Shown here: positions 26,829 to 36,698 of the stretch, piece by piece
How the letters are laid out: each line of letters begins with the position of its first letter
How positions within the stretch are numbered: position 1 is the stretch's first letter
DNA from: Oscillospiraceae bacterium
GTDB taxonomy: Bacteria; Bacillota; Clostridia; UBA1212; UBA1255
Assembly: GCA_015069185.1 (NCBI GenBank)
Contig: SVJB01000007.1
Coordinates: 4,524-68,523, forward strand
Length of the DNA stretch: 64,000 nt
Direction: 5' to 3'
The notes under the pieces: generated by a model
The model's database searches: none
What the model was told of the DNA's origin: nothing
The model's input: only the letters and a program-made list of their open reading frames with translations
Program-made: the position numbers and the translations under genes

Positions 26829-29006
26829 ATGACAAAGAAAGATGATATAAATTACAAAAAACACAGCAGCAAAAGCAGCGTGAAAAAAGATACGCCAAAG
26901 AAGAAAAAGAAAGGCGAGAAATATCTCCACCTCTTCATTATTTTAGTATTGGCTGTGGTTGCCGCGCTGGTAATAATTAATGAATACAATTACAGAGGCG
27001 TAGAGAAGTCTGTGCGTCTGGAGCTGGGTGATGCTGTTCCGGAAGCCGGCATTTTCGCAAAGAATGATAAAGATAAATCAAATATTCAATATGTAACCGA
27101 TGTTTCTTCCCTTGTTTTCACCGAAGAAGGTACATATCCTGTTACAATTAAGATAGGCAAGAGAGAGCTGGAGGTCAAGTTCAAGGTTCGTGATACCTTG
27201 GCGCCTACAGCTGATGTAAGAGACATGACTATCGGTACTAAAGCTAAGATTACTCCTGACCAGTTGGTTGAGAATATTCAGGACGCAGGGCTGGTATCTG
27301 TTTCATGGAAGAAAGCACCGGATTTCGGCGTGATAGGCGATTATAAAATCACACTCACACTCAAGGATATGTCCGGAAACAAAACAAGGTTATATACTAC
27401 TCTCAAGATACGTGATGTGTACGACGAGCTTACGATAGAGGCAAACACAGAGGGAAATGTTCCTGATGCCAAAGATTTCTTTCTGAAAGATATCCGGGAG
27501 GCAGATTATATTGGCGATTTATCAAATGTAGATACTCATCTGCCGGGCATATATCCTATAAAACTTAAAGCAGATGGAGCCAACTATTCATCAAAGATCA
27601 AAGTCATCGACACCACCGCACCTGTTGTTACAGTTGCGCGCAAAGTCCTGCTTAAAGGATCAACTCCTGACGCTATGAGTTTTGTTGAATCTTATGATGA
27701 AATAACAGGATCTGTAACAGCAGCATTTGACATTGCTCCGGATACATCTAAAATCGGCGAAGGCACCGGCAAGATTATTGTATCAGATTCCTCCGGCAAT
27801 AAAACAGAAGCTACAATTTCATACATCGTTGCAGAGTTTGAGTCTGTATCCATAGAAGCCGATGAGCTACCTATTAAGCCTGAAAGCATCATTAAGAACT
27901 ATGAGCTATATAGCGATGTTACGTTGACAAGCGGAGATTTATCTCCTGAAACACTTGGTACAACAGAGCTTATTTTCACAGTTGACGGGGCAGAATTAAC
28001 TGTGTACGTGACTGTGGTAGATACCAAGGTGCCTCAGGCAGAGCCAAACCATGTAAAAAGCTTCGCTTGTTATCCGTTGGAGGCTGATTTATTTGTAAAA
28101 AACATCGTTGACGGCTCTTCAGTTACATGCACCTTCCAGGTGAAGCCTGACTGGACCAAGGTAGGCACACAAGATGTTGTGATTCTCCTTACAGACAGCG
28201 CCGGCAACAAGGCCACTGTTAATTCTAAAATCACCATGGAAAAAGATACACAGCCCCCTGTGATTACAGGTCTTATGGAAAGATTTACATACCTGAATGA
28301 AGCTGTTAGTTATCTTAAAGAGATTCGCGCCACAGACAATTTTGATAAGAACGTGTCAATTACCGTAGATTCAGAAGTAAATATACGTCAAACAGGTTCG
28401 TATAAGGTAACATTTATTGCGACAGACATGGCTGGTAATACTACACGGGCATCTACAACTTTTACAGTTATAGAAGCAACAATTACAGACGAAGAGATTA
28501 AGGAACTGGCCGATAAGGTTCTCTACGGAGACGCTACTACCCCCGGCATTATAAACGACAGCATGACAACAGCCGAGAAAGCCCGCGCTATTTTTGATTG
28601 GTGCTACAAGAAAATCACATACGTAGGTGATACTAACCATTCAGACTGGCGCCTTGCCGCAAAGAAAGGTTTTGAGAAGAAGAGCGGAGATTGCTATACA
28701 TTCTATGCTGTATCTCGTGCGCTGCTGGAACAGCTTGACAACGTGGAGCTGCTTGAGATCAGACGTTACAACGCAAGCACCAACCACTACTGGTTGCTTG
28801 TTAATATCATGGGTACAGGCTGGTATCACTTTGATACATGTAATTTAGGTCCGTGGATTGATACTGTAAACCAAACAGGTCCCAGATATCTGTGCTTTAT
28901 GGAAATTGATTCTAATTTGACAAAATATTCCAAGAGATACTGGAGATACAAGGCTGACTTGTATCCCCCGGTTGCGACTACCGAATTTGTGGATCCGGAG
29001 AAATAA
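26829..29006 (+). CDS. Membrane-anchored protein with at least 4 Ig-like repeats and a C-terminal transglutaminase-like Cys-protease core
   Basis: N-terminal TM helix. Repeats end in D.SGNKT/DMAGNTT motifs. C-terminal core has GDCYTF (Cys), HYWLLV (His) and WYHFDT (Asp). Confidence 0.65.
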   Translation: MTKKDDINYKKHSSKSSVKKDTPKKKKKGEKYLHLFIILVLAVVAALVIINEYNYRGVEKSVRLELGDAVPEAGIFAKNDKDKSNIQYVTDVSSLVFTEEGTYPVTIKIGKRELEVKFKVRDTLAPTADVRDMTIGTKAKITPDQLVENIQDAGLVSVSWKKAPDFGVIGDYKITLTLKDMSGNKTRLYTTLKIRDVYDELTIEANTEGNVPDAKDFFLKDIREADYIGDLSNVDTHLPGIYPIKLKADGANYSSKIKVIDTTAPVVTVARKVLLKGSTPDAMSFVESYDEITGSVTAAFDIAPDTSKIGEGTGKIIVSDSSGNKTEATISYIVAEFESVSIEADELPIKPESIIKNYELYSDVTLTSGDLSPETLGTTELIFTVDGAELTVYVTVVDTKVPQAEPNHVKSFACYPLEADLFVKNIVDGSSVTCTFQVKPDWTKVGTQDVVILLTDSAGNKATVNSKITMEKDTQPPVITGLMERFTYLNEAVSYLKEIRATDNFDKNVSITVDSEVNIRQTGSYKVTFIATDMAGNTTRASTTFTVIEATITDEEIKELADKVLYGDATTPGIINDSMTTAEKARAIFDWCYKKITYVGDTNHSDWRLAAKKGFEKKSGDCYTFYAVSRALLEQLDNVELLEIRRYNASTNHYWLLVNIMGTGWYHFDTCNLGPWIDTVNQTGPRYLCFMEIDSNLTKYSKRYWRYKADLYPPVATTEFVDPEK

Positions 29007-29018
29007 GAGGTAAATATC

Positions 29019-30521
29019 ATGATTAATGTTTTAGAATATCTTGAAAACAGTGCTGCAAAGTATCCGGATAAGGTTGCCTTCACAGGCACTGATACAAGTG
29101 TGACTTTTGGTCAGATGCTTGTAAACAGCCGTATTATTGGTAGCCGGTTGATAGAAGCAGGAGCAAACAAAGAGCCTGTCGTTATCCTTATGCACCGCTC
29201 ACCTGAGATGATAGTATCATTCTTCGGCGTTATCGCTGCCGGCTGTTACTATGTGCCAATCGACGAACAAATGCCGGCACACCGCACTGAGCTTATTATG
29301 GACCAGCTTCACGCCCGTTATGTAATTACAGACGACGTTAACAACCCTGCCATACCGGAAGACGCTACTGTATTATGCTATAATGACATTGTGTCAAACA
29401 CGGGTGAAAATGCGATTTGCCTTGATGCCCTTGCCACAAGGCGGGCCCACGCTATCGATAAAGATCCTATTTATATAGTGTTTACTTCCGGCTCCACAGG
29501 CGTACCCAAGGGAGTTGTCACTAACCATCGCTGCGTCATTGATTACGTAGAGCAGCTCACAAAGATAATCGGAGCCGGACATGACTCTGTTTTTGGCATG
29601 CAGTCGCCTCTTTATGTAGACGCTTGTCTTAAAGAAATATATTCAACACTGAAGTTTGGCGCCACCACACATATTGTACCCACAGTGCTTTTCACACAGC
29701 CTGTAAAGCTTGTAGAGTTTCTTAACGAGCATCAGGTAAATACTGTTTGTTGGGTCGTGCCGGCGCTTACATTTATTTCCGGACTCAAAACTTTTAAGAC
29801 AATTGTGCCTGAATATTTGAAGACAGTTGCGTTTGGCAGTGAAGTTTTCCCGCCTAAGCAGCTTAAAGTGTGGCGCGAGACTTTGCCTGAGGCACGATTT
29901 ATTAATCTATATGGCCCTACAGAGGCAACCGGTATGTGTTGCCATTACGAGGTAACAGATAAAACGGATCCGGAGAGGCCCGTACCTATTGGCAAGCCAT
30001 TCCCTAATAAGGAAATTTTTCTGCTTAACGATGATGGCAAGCAAGTACCGGACGGAGAGGTTGGCGAGATTTGCATACGTGGTATCTCTCTGGCTCCCGG
30101 GTACTTTAACAATCCTGAGGTTACAAACAAGGCCTTCGTACAGAATCCTCTTAACACACTCTATCCGGACATAATCTATAAAACAGGAGACTTGGGACGA
30201 TACAACCAAGACGGAGATCTGGAATTCGTTTCACGAAAAGATTTTCAGATAAAGCATATGGGCTACCGTATTGAGCTTGGCGAGATTGAGATGCTTACAT
30301 GCAAAGTAGAGGGCGTAGAGAATGTATGTTGCCTGTATGATAGTGAAAAAAAGAAAATTTCCATGTTCTACATGGGAACAATAGATAAAGGACAGTTGGT
30401 GTCATTACTTAAAGAAAAATTACCTCGATACATGATACCAAATACTGTAATTCAATTGGAGTTAATGCCACTTACTGCGGGTGGCAAAACAGACAGAAAC
30501 GCCTTAAAGCAAATGCTGTAA
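29019..30521 (+). CDS. DltA-like stand-alone adenylation enzyme (amino acid--carrier protein ligase)
   Basis: ANL core motifs FTSGSTGVPKGV, YGPTE, YKTGDLGRY and GGKTDRNAL. 500 aa. Confidence 0.8.
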   Translation: MINVLEYLENSAAKYPDKVAFTGTDTSVTFGQMLVNSRIIGSRLIEAGANKEPVVILMHRSPEMIVSFFGVIAAGCYYVPIDEQMPAHRTELIMDQLHARYVITDDVNNPAIPEDATVLCYNDIVSNTGENAICLDALATRRAHAIDKDPIYIVFTSGSTGVPKGVVTNHRCVIDYVEQLTKIIGAGHDSVFGMQSPLYVDACLKEIYSTLKFGATTHIVPTVLFTQPVKLVEFLNEHQVNTVCWVVPALTFISGLKTFKTIVPEYLKTVAFGSEVFPPKQLKVWRETLPEARFINLYGPTEATGMCCHYEVTDKTDPERPVPIGKPFPNKEIFLLNDDGKQVPDGEVGEICIRGISLAPGYFNNPEVTNKAFVQNPLNTLYPDIIYKTGDLGRYNQDGDLEFVSRKDFQIKHMGYRIELGEIEMLTCKVEGVENVCCLYDSEKKKISMFYMGTIDKGQLVSLLKEKLPRYMIPNTVIQLELMPLTAGGKTDRNALKQML

Positions 30522-30544
30522 TTTTATATAAAGGACGGTTATTT

Positions 30545-30778
30545 ATGGACGATTTGATGAATATTCTTCAGGAACTTCATCCGGATGTAGATTTTGACAC
30601 AGAAACAAGTCTCATCGACGATAAGATTCTTGACTCATTTGATATTGTTACTCTGATTGCTGAGATTTCAGATACTTATGATGTTGCCATTCCGGCGCAG
30701 GACATTGTACCTGAGAACTTTAACTCAGCACAGGCGTTATATGCATTAATACAAAGACTTGAAGAAGAGGACGATTAA
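30545..30778 (+). CDS. DltC-like carrier protein
   Basis: 77 aa. Phosphopantetheine-site context DDKILDSFDIVTLI. The stop overlaps the next start (TAATG). Confidence 0.75.
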   Translation: MDDLMNILQELHPDVDFDTETSLIDDKILDSFDIVTLIAEISDTYDVAIPAQDIVPENFNSAQALYALIQRLEEEDD

Positions 30779-32342
30779 TGTTTTTTACATCTCTTAACTT
30801 TTTGGTATTTTTAGGTATTCTCATACCACTGTATTTTCTTGTACCAAAGAAGATACAGTGGATTGTGTTGCTTATTGCAAATGCAGTTTTTTATGTGTTT
30901 GCAGGTACCTCAGGTCTTATTTTCATATCAATAACAATCGTAACTACCTATATCGCCACGATGATTATCGACCATCTATATGGTGTGCAGGAAAATTATC
31001 TTAAAGAAAACAAGGCCCTATTAAGTAAAGAAGATAAAAAATCTTATAAAAATAAAATGATGGTACGCCGTAGGATTGTAGCAGTTTCCTGCGCAGTTAT
31101 CAGCTTTGGCATTATTGCTGTTATGAAGTACTCAGGCCTTTTTCTCAGAGGAACTGAATTTGCAAAGTCACTATCATTGATACTGCCTCTTGGTATTTCA
31201 TATTACACATTCCAGACAATGGGCTACCTGATCGATGTATACAGAGGAACATATAAGCCGGAGAAAAATATTTTTAAGCTTGCTCTGTTCACTTCATTTT
31301 TCCCATTACTATTGCAAGGACCGATTACCAGATTCGGAGACATCGGAAAGAGCCTATATGAGCCGCACTCATTTGACATGCACAATTTTGTGTATGGCTT
31401 AGAGCGTATTTTATGGGGATATTTTAAGAAAGTAGTAATTGCTGACCGCATTTTAATCGCGGTAAAAACAATTATTGGCGCACCTGATACATATGACGGC
31501 GCTTATGTGCTATGCGGTATGGTGTTTTACGCTATACAGCTATACTGCGACTTTACAGGTGGTATTGACATAACAATCGGAATCGCCCAGATTTTGGGAA
31601 TTAAGCTGCCTGAAAACTTTATCAGACCTTTCTTCTCAAAGAATATTGCAGAATACTGGCGCAGATGGCATATTTCTTTGGGAGTATGGTTCAGAGAATA
31701 TTTATTCTATCCTATTTCCGTATCAAAGCCTCTGCTTAAGCTGTCAAAATTCACACGTAATAAATCGGAAACGGCATAGGCATGAGAATTCCGGTGTATG
31801 TTGCCACTATCGCTGTATGGTTTATAACAGGTTTGTGGCACGGAAGCGCATGGAACTTTATTGTATGGGGACTACTTAATGCTCTGATAATTATTGTATC
31901 CGAAGAGTTATCTCCTTTATACGCCAAATTCCACGGTCATTTCCCTGGACTAAAGCATAAATGGGGATACAGATTGTTTGAGATCGGACGAATGTTCTTT
32001 ATAATGTGTTCTCTTCGTGTGCTGGACTGCTATAGAAGTGTAGGCACATCATTTAAAATGTACTCTACCCTTTTCACCAAGTTTAATTATAATATTCTCT
32101 TTGACGGATCTCTCCTCAAGCTGGGGCTTAACCTGTATGACTATATCGTTATCTTTGTCGGTGTTGTTTTACTTGTTGTCTTCAGCCTGGTACAGCGCAA
32201 AGGCAGTGTCAGAGATATGATAGCCCGCAAGCCGATAGGCGTACAAATGGCAATATTTGCCACGCTCTTATTTGCCATACTTATCTTTGGTGCGTACGGC
32301 ATTGGATTTGACGCGTCACAATTTATATACACACAATTCTGA
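30778..32342 (+). pseudogene. MBOAT-family (DltB/AlgI-like) O-acyltransferase split by a 1-nt frameshift (or assembly indel)
   Basis: ORF 30778-31779 (333 aa, ...RWHISLGVWFREYLFYPIS...) and ORF 31782-32342 (186 aa, ...ITGLWHGSAWNF with the catalytic His) are the N- and C-halves of one MBOAT. One extra A at aataaa (31759-31764) would give a continuous ...TRNKIGNGIGMRIPVYV... Confidence 0.7.
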
Positions 32343-32362
32343 CACTAAGGAGGTAAACATTT

Positions 32363-33460
32363 GTGAAAAAGCACAGCAAATTAAAAATAATATTAAGTTT
32401 AACAATTACAACATGTTTGTTCCTTGTTGTCTGCTATCTGGCACAATGTGTTTTAATGCCTAAATATATAGGAATACGCAAAGAGGGTGCTCTGATTGGC
32501 GAATACTATGATGAGGTAAAGAATCACGATGTAATAATTATCGGCGACTGTGAAGTTTATGAAAACATTTCACCCATTACATTATGGGAAGAATACGGTA
32601 TCACCTCGTATATACGAGGAAGTTCCCAGATGCTGGTATGGCATTCTTACTATATTCTGGAAGAAACGCTTAAATACGAAAAGCCTGATGTGGTTATTTT
32701 CAACGTGCTTGCCATGAAGTACAACGAACCACAGAGCGAAGCGTATAACAGAATGTGTTTAGACGGCATGAAAATGTCTTCTTCCAAAATTAACGCCATT
32801 AAGGCTTCTATGACAGAGGAAGAAAATATGATTTCATATTTCGTGCCGCTGCTTCGTTTCCACTCCCGTTGGAACGAGCTGACGCGTGATGATTTTAAAT
32901 ATATGTTTGACATTCCCAAAGTATCTCACAATGGCTATTTGATGCGCTGTGATGTGAAGCCATTGGATACTTTACCTAATATGGGATACCCGAAAAATGA
33001 TGATTTCGGGGCAACAGCTTATGAATATCTTGATAAAATCACAGCTTTGTGCAAGGAAAACGACATAGAATTACTGCTGATTAAATCCCCTAGTGTTTTT
33101 CCTCATTGGTACGACGAATGGGATCAACAAATGATTGACTATGCCAAAGAAAATGGGTTACAATATGTGAACACAATTAAGCTGCAAGAGACTATCGGCA
33201 TTGACATGAAAACAGATACTTACGATGCCGGTCAGCACCTTAATCTCTATGGCGCCGAGAAATTCTCAAAGTGGCTTGGTCAGTATTTGCAAGACACCTA
33301 CAACGTAGCAGACCATTCCGATGATGCAAAGATCAGTAAGATATACGAAGAAAAGGTCAAGGCATATTATGAGGAAAAGGCCCAGCAAGAGGCAGAGATT
33401 GCAGAGTTTGGCTACCTGAAAATTTACGAGGAATTTTTGAAGGAGAATAAAGATGAATAA
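32363..33460 (+). CDS. SGNH/DltD-like membrane-anchored protein (block I reads GDC instead of GDS)
   Basis: GTG start with AAGGAGG 9 nt upstream. N-terminal TM helix. HDVIIIGDCEVYEN, with GDC at 32543-32551. C-terminal ...DAGQHLN... block. Confidence 0.5.
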   Translation: MKKHSKLKIILSLTITTCLFLVVCYLAQCVLMPKYIGIRKEGALIGEYYDEVKNHDVIIIGDCEVYENISPITLWEEYGITSYIRGSSQMLVWHSYYILEETLKYEKPDVVIFNVLAMKYNEPQSEAYNRMCLDGMKMSSSKINAIKASMTEEENMISYFVPLLRFHSRWNELTRDDFKYMFDIPKVSHNGYLMRCDVKPLDTLPNMGYPKNDDFGATAYEYLDKITALCKENDIELLLIKSPSVFPHWYDEWDQQMIDYAKENGLQYVNTIKLQETIGIDMKTDTYDAGQHLNLYGAEKFSKWLGQYLQDTYNVADHSDDAKISKIYEEKVKAYYEEKAQQEAEIAEFGYLKIYEEFLKENKDE

Positions 33461-33983
33461 ATCATTGAATAAAATTTTATTGATAGGACTACTTGTTGTT
33501 GCCCTTTGCGGTATTTTGTTGTTAAGCAGTTGCGGAGATGACAACGGTGTCATAATTGATCCTAACGCCACACAGAACCCCGACAGTTCTTCTCTTAAAT
33601 TTAAATCCGGAGACCTTGAGATTTATATTTATCAGGAAATTGCTCAAGTAAAGGCTACTCTTGGCGAGCCTGTCAGCTATTATGAGAGCGCCAGCTGTGG
33701 GTACACCGGCATGGATATGTTCTATCAGTATAAAGGTTTTGAGTTGACAGTAAATACTATTGACGGCAAAGATGTTGTTACTGCCATCTTTATTGCTGAC
33801 GATACCGTTACAATACCGGAAGGTTTGAAAATCGGAGACAGTGAAGATAAAATCCAGTCCTTACTCGGTAGCAGCTACGAAAAAGACGGCAGAGCATATA
33901 ACTTCAAGGCCGGAAGTACATTATTACAGATTTTAGTAAAAGACGGAGCGGTTATATCAATTGAATACAAGCCTGCAAACTAA
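33453..33983 (+). CDS. Small lipoprotein, unknown function
   Basis: Signal peptide plus lipobox LLLSSC. 176 aa. 8-nt overlap with the upstream gene. Confidence 0.55.
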   Translation: MNKSLNKILLIGLLVVALCGILLLSSCGDDNGVIIDPNATQNPDSSSLKFKSGDLEIYIYQEIAQVKATLGEPVSYYESASCGYTGMDMFYQYKGFELTVNTIDGKDVVTAIFIADDTVTIPEGLKIGDSEDKIQSLLGSSYEKDGRAYNFKAGSTLLQILVKDGAVISIEYKPAN

Positions 33984-34719
33984 CAACAAGAAAGTCCTTG
34001 GTATTATCGGCGGTATGGGGCCTTTGTCTACCGCTGAACTTTTCCATACCATTGTCAGCTTTACAGAAGCCCGGCAGGATGCTGACCACATTCACATCCT
34101 TATTGATAACGATCCTTCGGTGCCGGATCGCACCCGGGCCATTCTCGGTAGTAGCATGGAGCCAGCTACTCATATCGCACAAAACATACATAAACTAGCA
34201 GCGCAAGGGGCCCAGGTCTTTATAATATGTTGTAATACATCTCACTTTTTTTATGACAGTATTGTAGCATCTACCGGTGAAAATATAATTAGTATGCCGG
34301 AGGTTACTGCCCACCATGCAGCAAGTAAGGGGTACAAGCATGTATGTGTGCTGGCAACAGACGGCACAGTACGCAGCGGTGTATACGAAAGAGCGTTGGC
34401 GCAGGTAGGGATAGAGACAGTTTCTCTATCAGACGAAAATCAAAAGCAGATAATGGATATAATTTATAACGACATTAAGGCCGGCAGAGAAACATCGGAA
34501 AATGACTTTTGCCGCCTACTATCAAATATAAAAAGCAATAACAATGTAGACGGTTTCTTACTGGGGTGCACAGAATTGTCTGTTGCAGTAAAGAATATGT
34601 CGTCTTCTGTAAAAGATTTATTTAGGTTTATAGATCCTCTTATTATCAGTGCTGCAGAATGCGTCACAGCATGTGGTGGGCAGCTGACAGACGAGGCACG
34701 AAACATACTGAAAGAGTGA
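33961..34719 (+). CDS. Aspartate/glutamate-type (PLP-independent, two-Cys) amino-acid racemase
   Basis: GIIGGMGPLST, first catalytic Cys in CCNTSHFF, second in LGCTELS. TTG start at 33961 is required to include the conserved N-terminus. Confidence 0.75.
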   Translation: MNTSLQTNNKKVLGIIGGMGPLSTAELFHTIVSFTEARQDADHIHILIDNDPSVPDRTRAILGSSMEPATHIAQNIHKLAAQGAQVFIICCNTSHFFYDSIVASTGENIISMPEVTAHHAASKGYKHVCVLATDGTVRSGVYERALAQVGIETVSLSDENQKQIMDIIYNDIKAGRETSENDFCRLLSNIKSNNNVDGFLLGCTELSVAVKNMSSSVKDLFRFIDPLIISAAECVTACGGQLTDEARNILKE

Positions 34720-34724
34720 TGTAA

Positions 34725-36698
34725 ATGATTGGTATTCTTTTCTTATTGGTTTACTTATGTATCGGTTTATTTCTTGCGAATATTTTCATGCAAGATTCCA
34801 GACCGTTTACCAGAGTCTGGGCCGGAGCTACCACTGGTCTTATTTTGCTGATGTGCTCCCATGTACCCTTTTCTTTTTTAATGGGGTTTAATATTGGCTC
34901 TCATTTATTAGGACTGATTCTTTCCGGAGTGCTTGTGTTCATATCATGGTATGCAAAGAGTCGTACATTAACACGAGCCGGTAATCTAAACAGAAAAACA
35001 GGTTTAGAGCTTCTCTTAGGCAAGTGGCGTGTCCCGGCACTTAAAGGTGAATATATTTGCTTGGCGTTTATACTTCCTCTCACCCTTTATATTGGCATCT
35101 GCCTATATAATCACACATTAAACGAAGTGGAGCCCGGTGTTTATTATACGGGACAATGCACTTATGGAGACATGAATTTTCACCTTGGTATTATTACCTC
35201 AATTGCAGAGCAAGGTACTTTCCCACCGGATTACAGTATTTTTCCAGGTCAGCAACTTGACTATTACTTCTTCTGCGACTCTATCTCATCATCGCTGTAT
35301 ATTTTTGGAACATCCCTTCGCACCGCGTATATCTTGCCAATGTTGGTAGCATCATTCCTTGTATTTACAGGGTTCTGGCAGCTGGCTTTCTTGGTTTTAA
35401 AGCGTGCATCAAAAGCAGCTATTGCCTGGGTATTGTTTTTCTTCAACGGCGGATTTGGTCTTTTCTATTTCCTTGATGGGCTTGGCGGCGATGACAAGTC
35501 AAACTTTACAAGAATTTTCACAGAATTCTATCAGACGCCAACAAACTACAGGGACGGCAATGTTTCCGGCACAGCTAATATCCAATGGACCAATACAGTT
35601 GTAGATATGATGATTCCTCAAAGGGCCACCCTCTTTGGCTGGATGGCAGTATTTCTCGTCCTTTTCTTGCTGTATAAAGCAGTATTTCTGGAGGAAAAGA
35701 CGCTTTTCCTCCCTGCCGGTGTACTGGCAGGGTGCCTACCAATGATACAGACATACGCATACTTCACCGTAGGTATCACTGCAGTTTGCTGGATTATTTA
35801 TTCCGTTGTACGTACAAAATTCAACAAAGCAACGATTATCTCATGGTTAAAATTTGGTTTGCCGGCGCTTGTGTTATCTGTGCCGCAGCTGGCAATATGG
35901 ATATTTGGAGCTACAGACGGCGAAGGATTTATACGTTTTGATTTTAATGCATATAACGAAACAGATAATTGGCTCTGGTTCTGGGTAAAAAATGTAGGCA
36001 TAGTGTTCATCCTGTTGGTGCCCGCTATTATACACGCGCCAAAGAAGCTTAAACTATTTTACTCTGCAGGCCTGGCCATATTTATTCTTACTGAATTTAT
36101 TGTTTTCCAGACTTTGGTTTATGATAATAATAAGCTTTATCTCATGTGGTATGCCTTCTCAGTAATTATCGTAGCTAATTTTATGGTAGAGTGTTACGAT
36201 AAGCTTCGTGAGTTACGTGCCGCGAGAGTATTTATTGCAGTGTTTGTTATGATTATTGCCACCGCTTCTGCTTTCTTTACAATGGGCCGCGAGATTTACT
36301 CCGGCTTTGATAAGAATGCATATGTCCTATATGATGGTTCTCAGGTGGCTGCATCTGAATATATACTTGAAAACACAGAGCCTGATTCGTTATTCTTGTC
36401 AAATTACGATCATAATAACGCAATTTCCTCCTTAACAGGTCGTAATATTTTCGTTGGTGCCGGCACTTTCCTGTACTCACACGACGTAGATTACGGAGAG
36501 AGACAGCAAATTGTCCGCAAATGTTTCACAAATCAAGAAGCTTTTGAACAATATAAGGCACAATATGGCTTTGATTATGTATATGTCTCACAATCAGAGA
36601 GAAATACTTTCTCCGGTATTATTATAGAGTACTTCAAAGCAAACTACCCTTGCGTATACGACAGCAATAATGTAATGATCTTTGATGTACGCAACTAA
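34725..36698 (+). CDS. Large polytopic membrane protein (GT-C-like candidate), unknown function
   Basis: 657 aa with more than 12 predicted TM helices, an extracytoplasmic loop (YTGQCTYGDMNFHLGIITSIAEQGTFPPDYSIFPG) and a soluble C-terminal ~100 aa. No catalytic motif that I can name. Confidence 0.4.
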   Translation: MIGILFLLVYLCIGLFLANIFMQDSRPFTRVWAGATTGLILLMCSHVPFSFLMGFNIGSHLLGLILSGVLVFISWYAKSRTLTRAGNLNRKTGLELLLGKWRVPALKGEYICLAFILPLTLYIGICLYNHTLNEVEPGVYYTGQCTYGDMNFHLGIITSIAEQGTFPPDYSIFPGQQLDYYFFCDSISSSLYIFGTSLRTAYILPMLVASFLVFTGFWQLAFLVLKRASKAAIAWVLFFFNGGFGLFYFLDGLGGDDKSNFTRIFTEFYQTPTNYRDGNVSGTANIQWTNTVVDMMIPQRATLFGWMAVFLVLFLLYKAVFLEEKTLFLPAGVLAGCLPMIQTYAYFTVGITAVCWIIYSVVRTKFNKATIISWLKFGLPALVLSVPQLAIWIFGATDGEGFIRFDFNAYNETDNWLWFWVKNVGIVFILLVPAIIHAPKKLKLFYSAGLAIFILTEFIVFQTLVYDNNKLYLMWYAFSVIIVANFMVECYDKLRELRAARVFIAVFVMIIATASAFFTMGREIYSGFDKNAYVLYDGSQVAASEYILENTEPDSLFLSNYDHNNAISSLTGRNIFVGAGTFLYSHDVDYGERQQIVRKCFTNQEAFEQYKAQYGFDYVYVSQSERNTFSGIIIEYFKANYPCVYDSNNVMIFDVRN

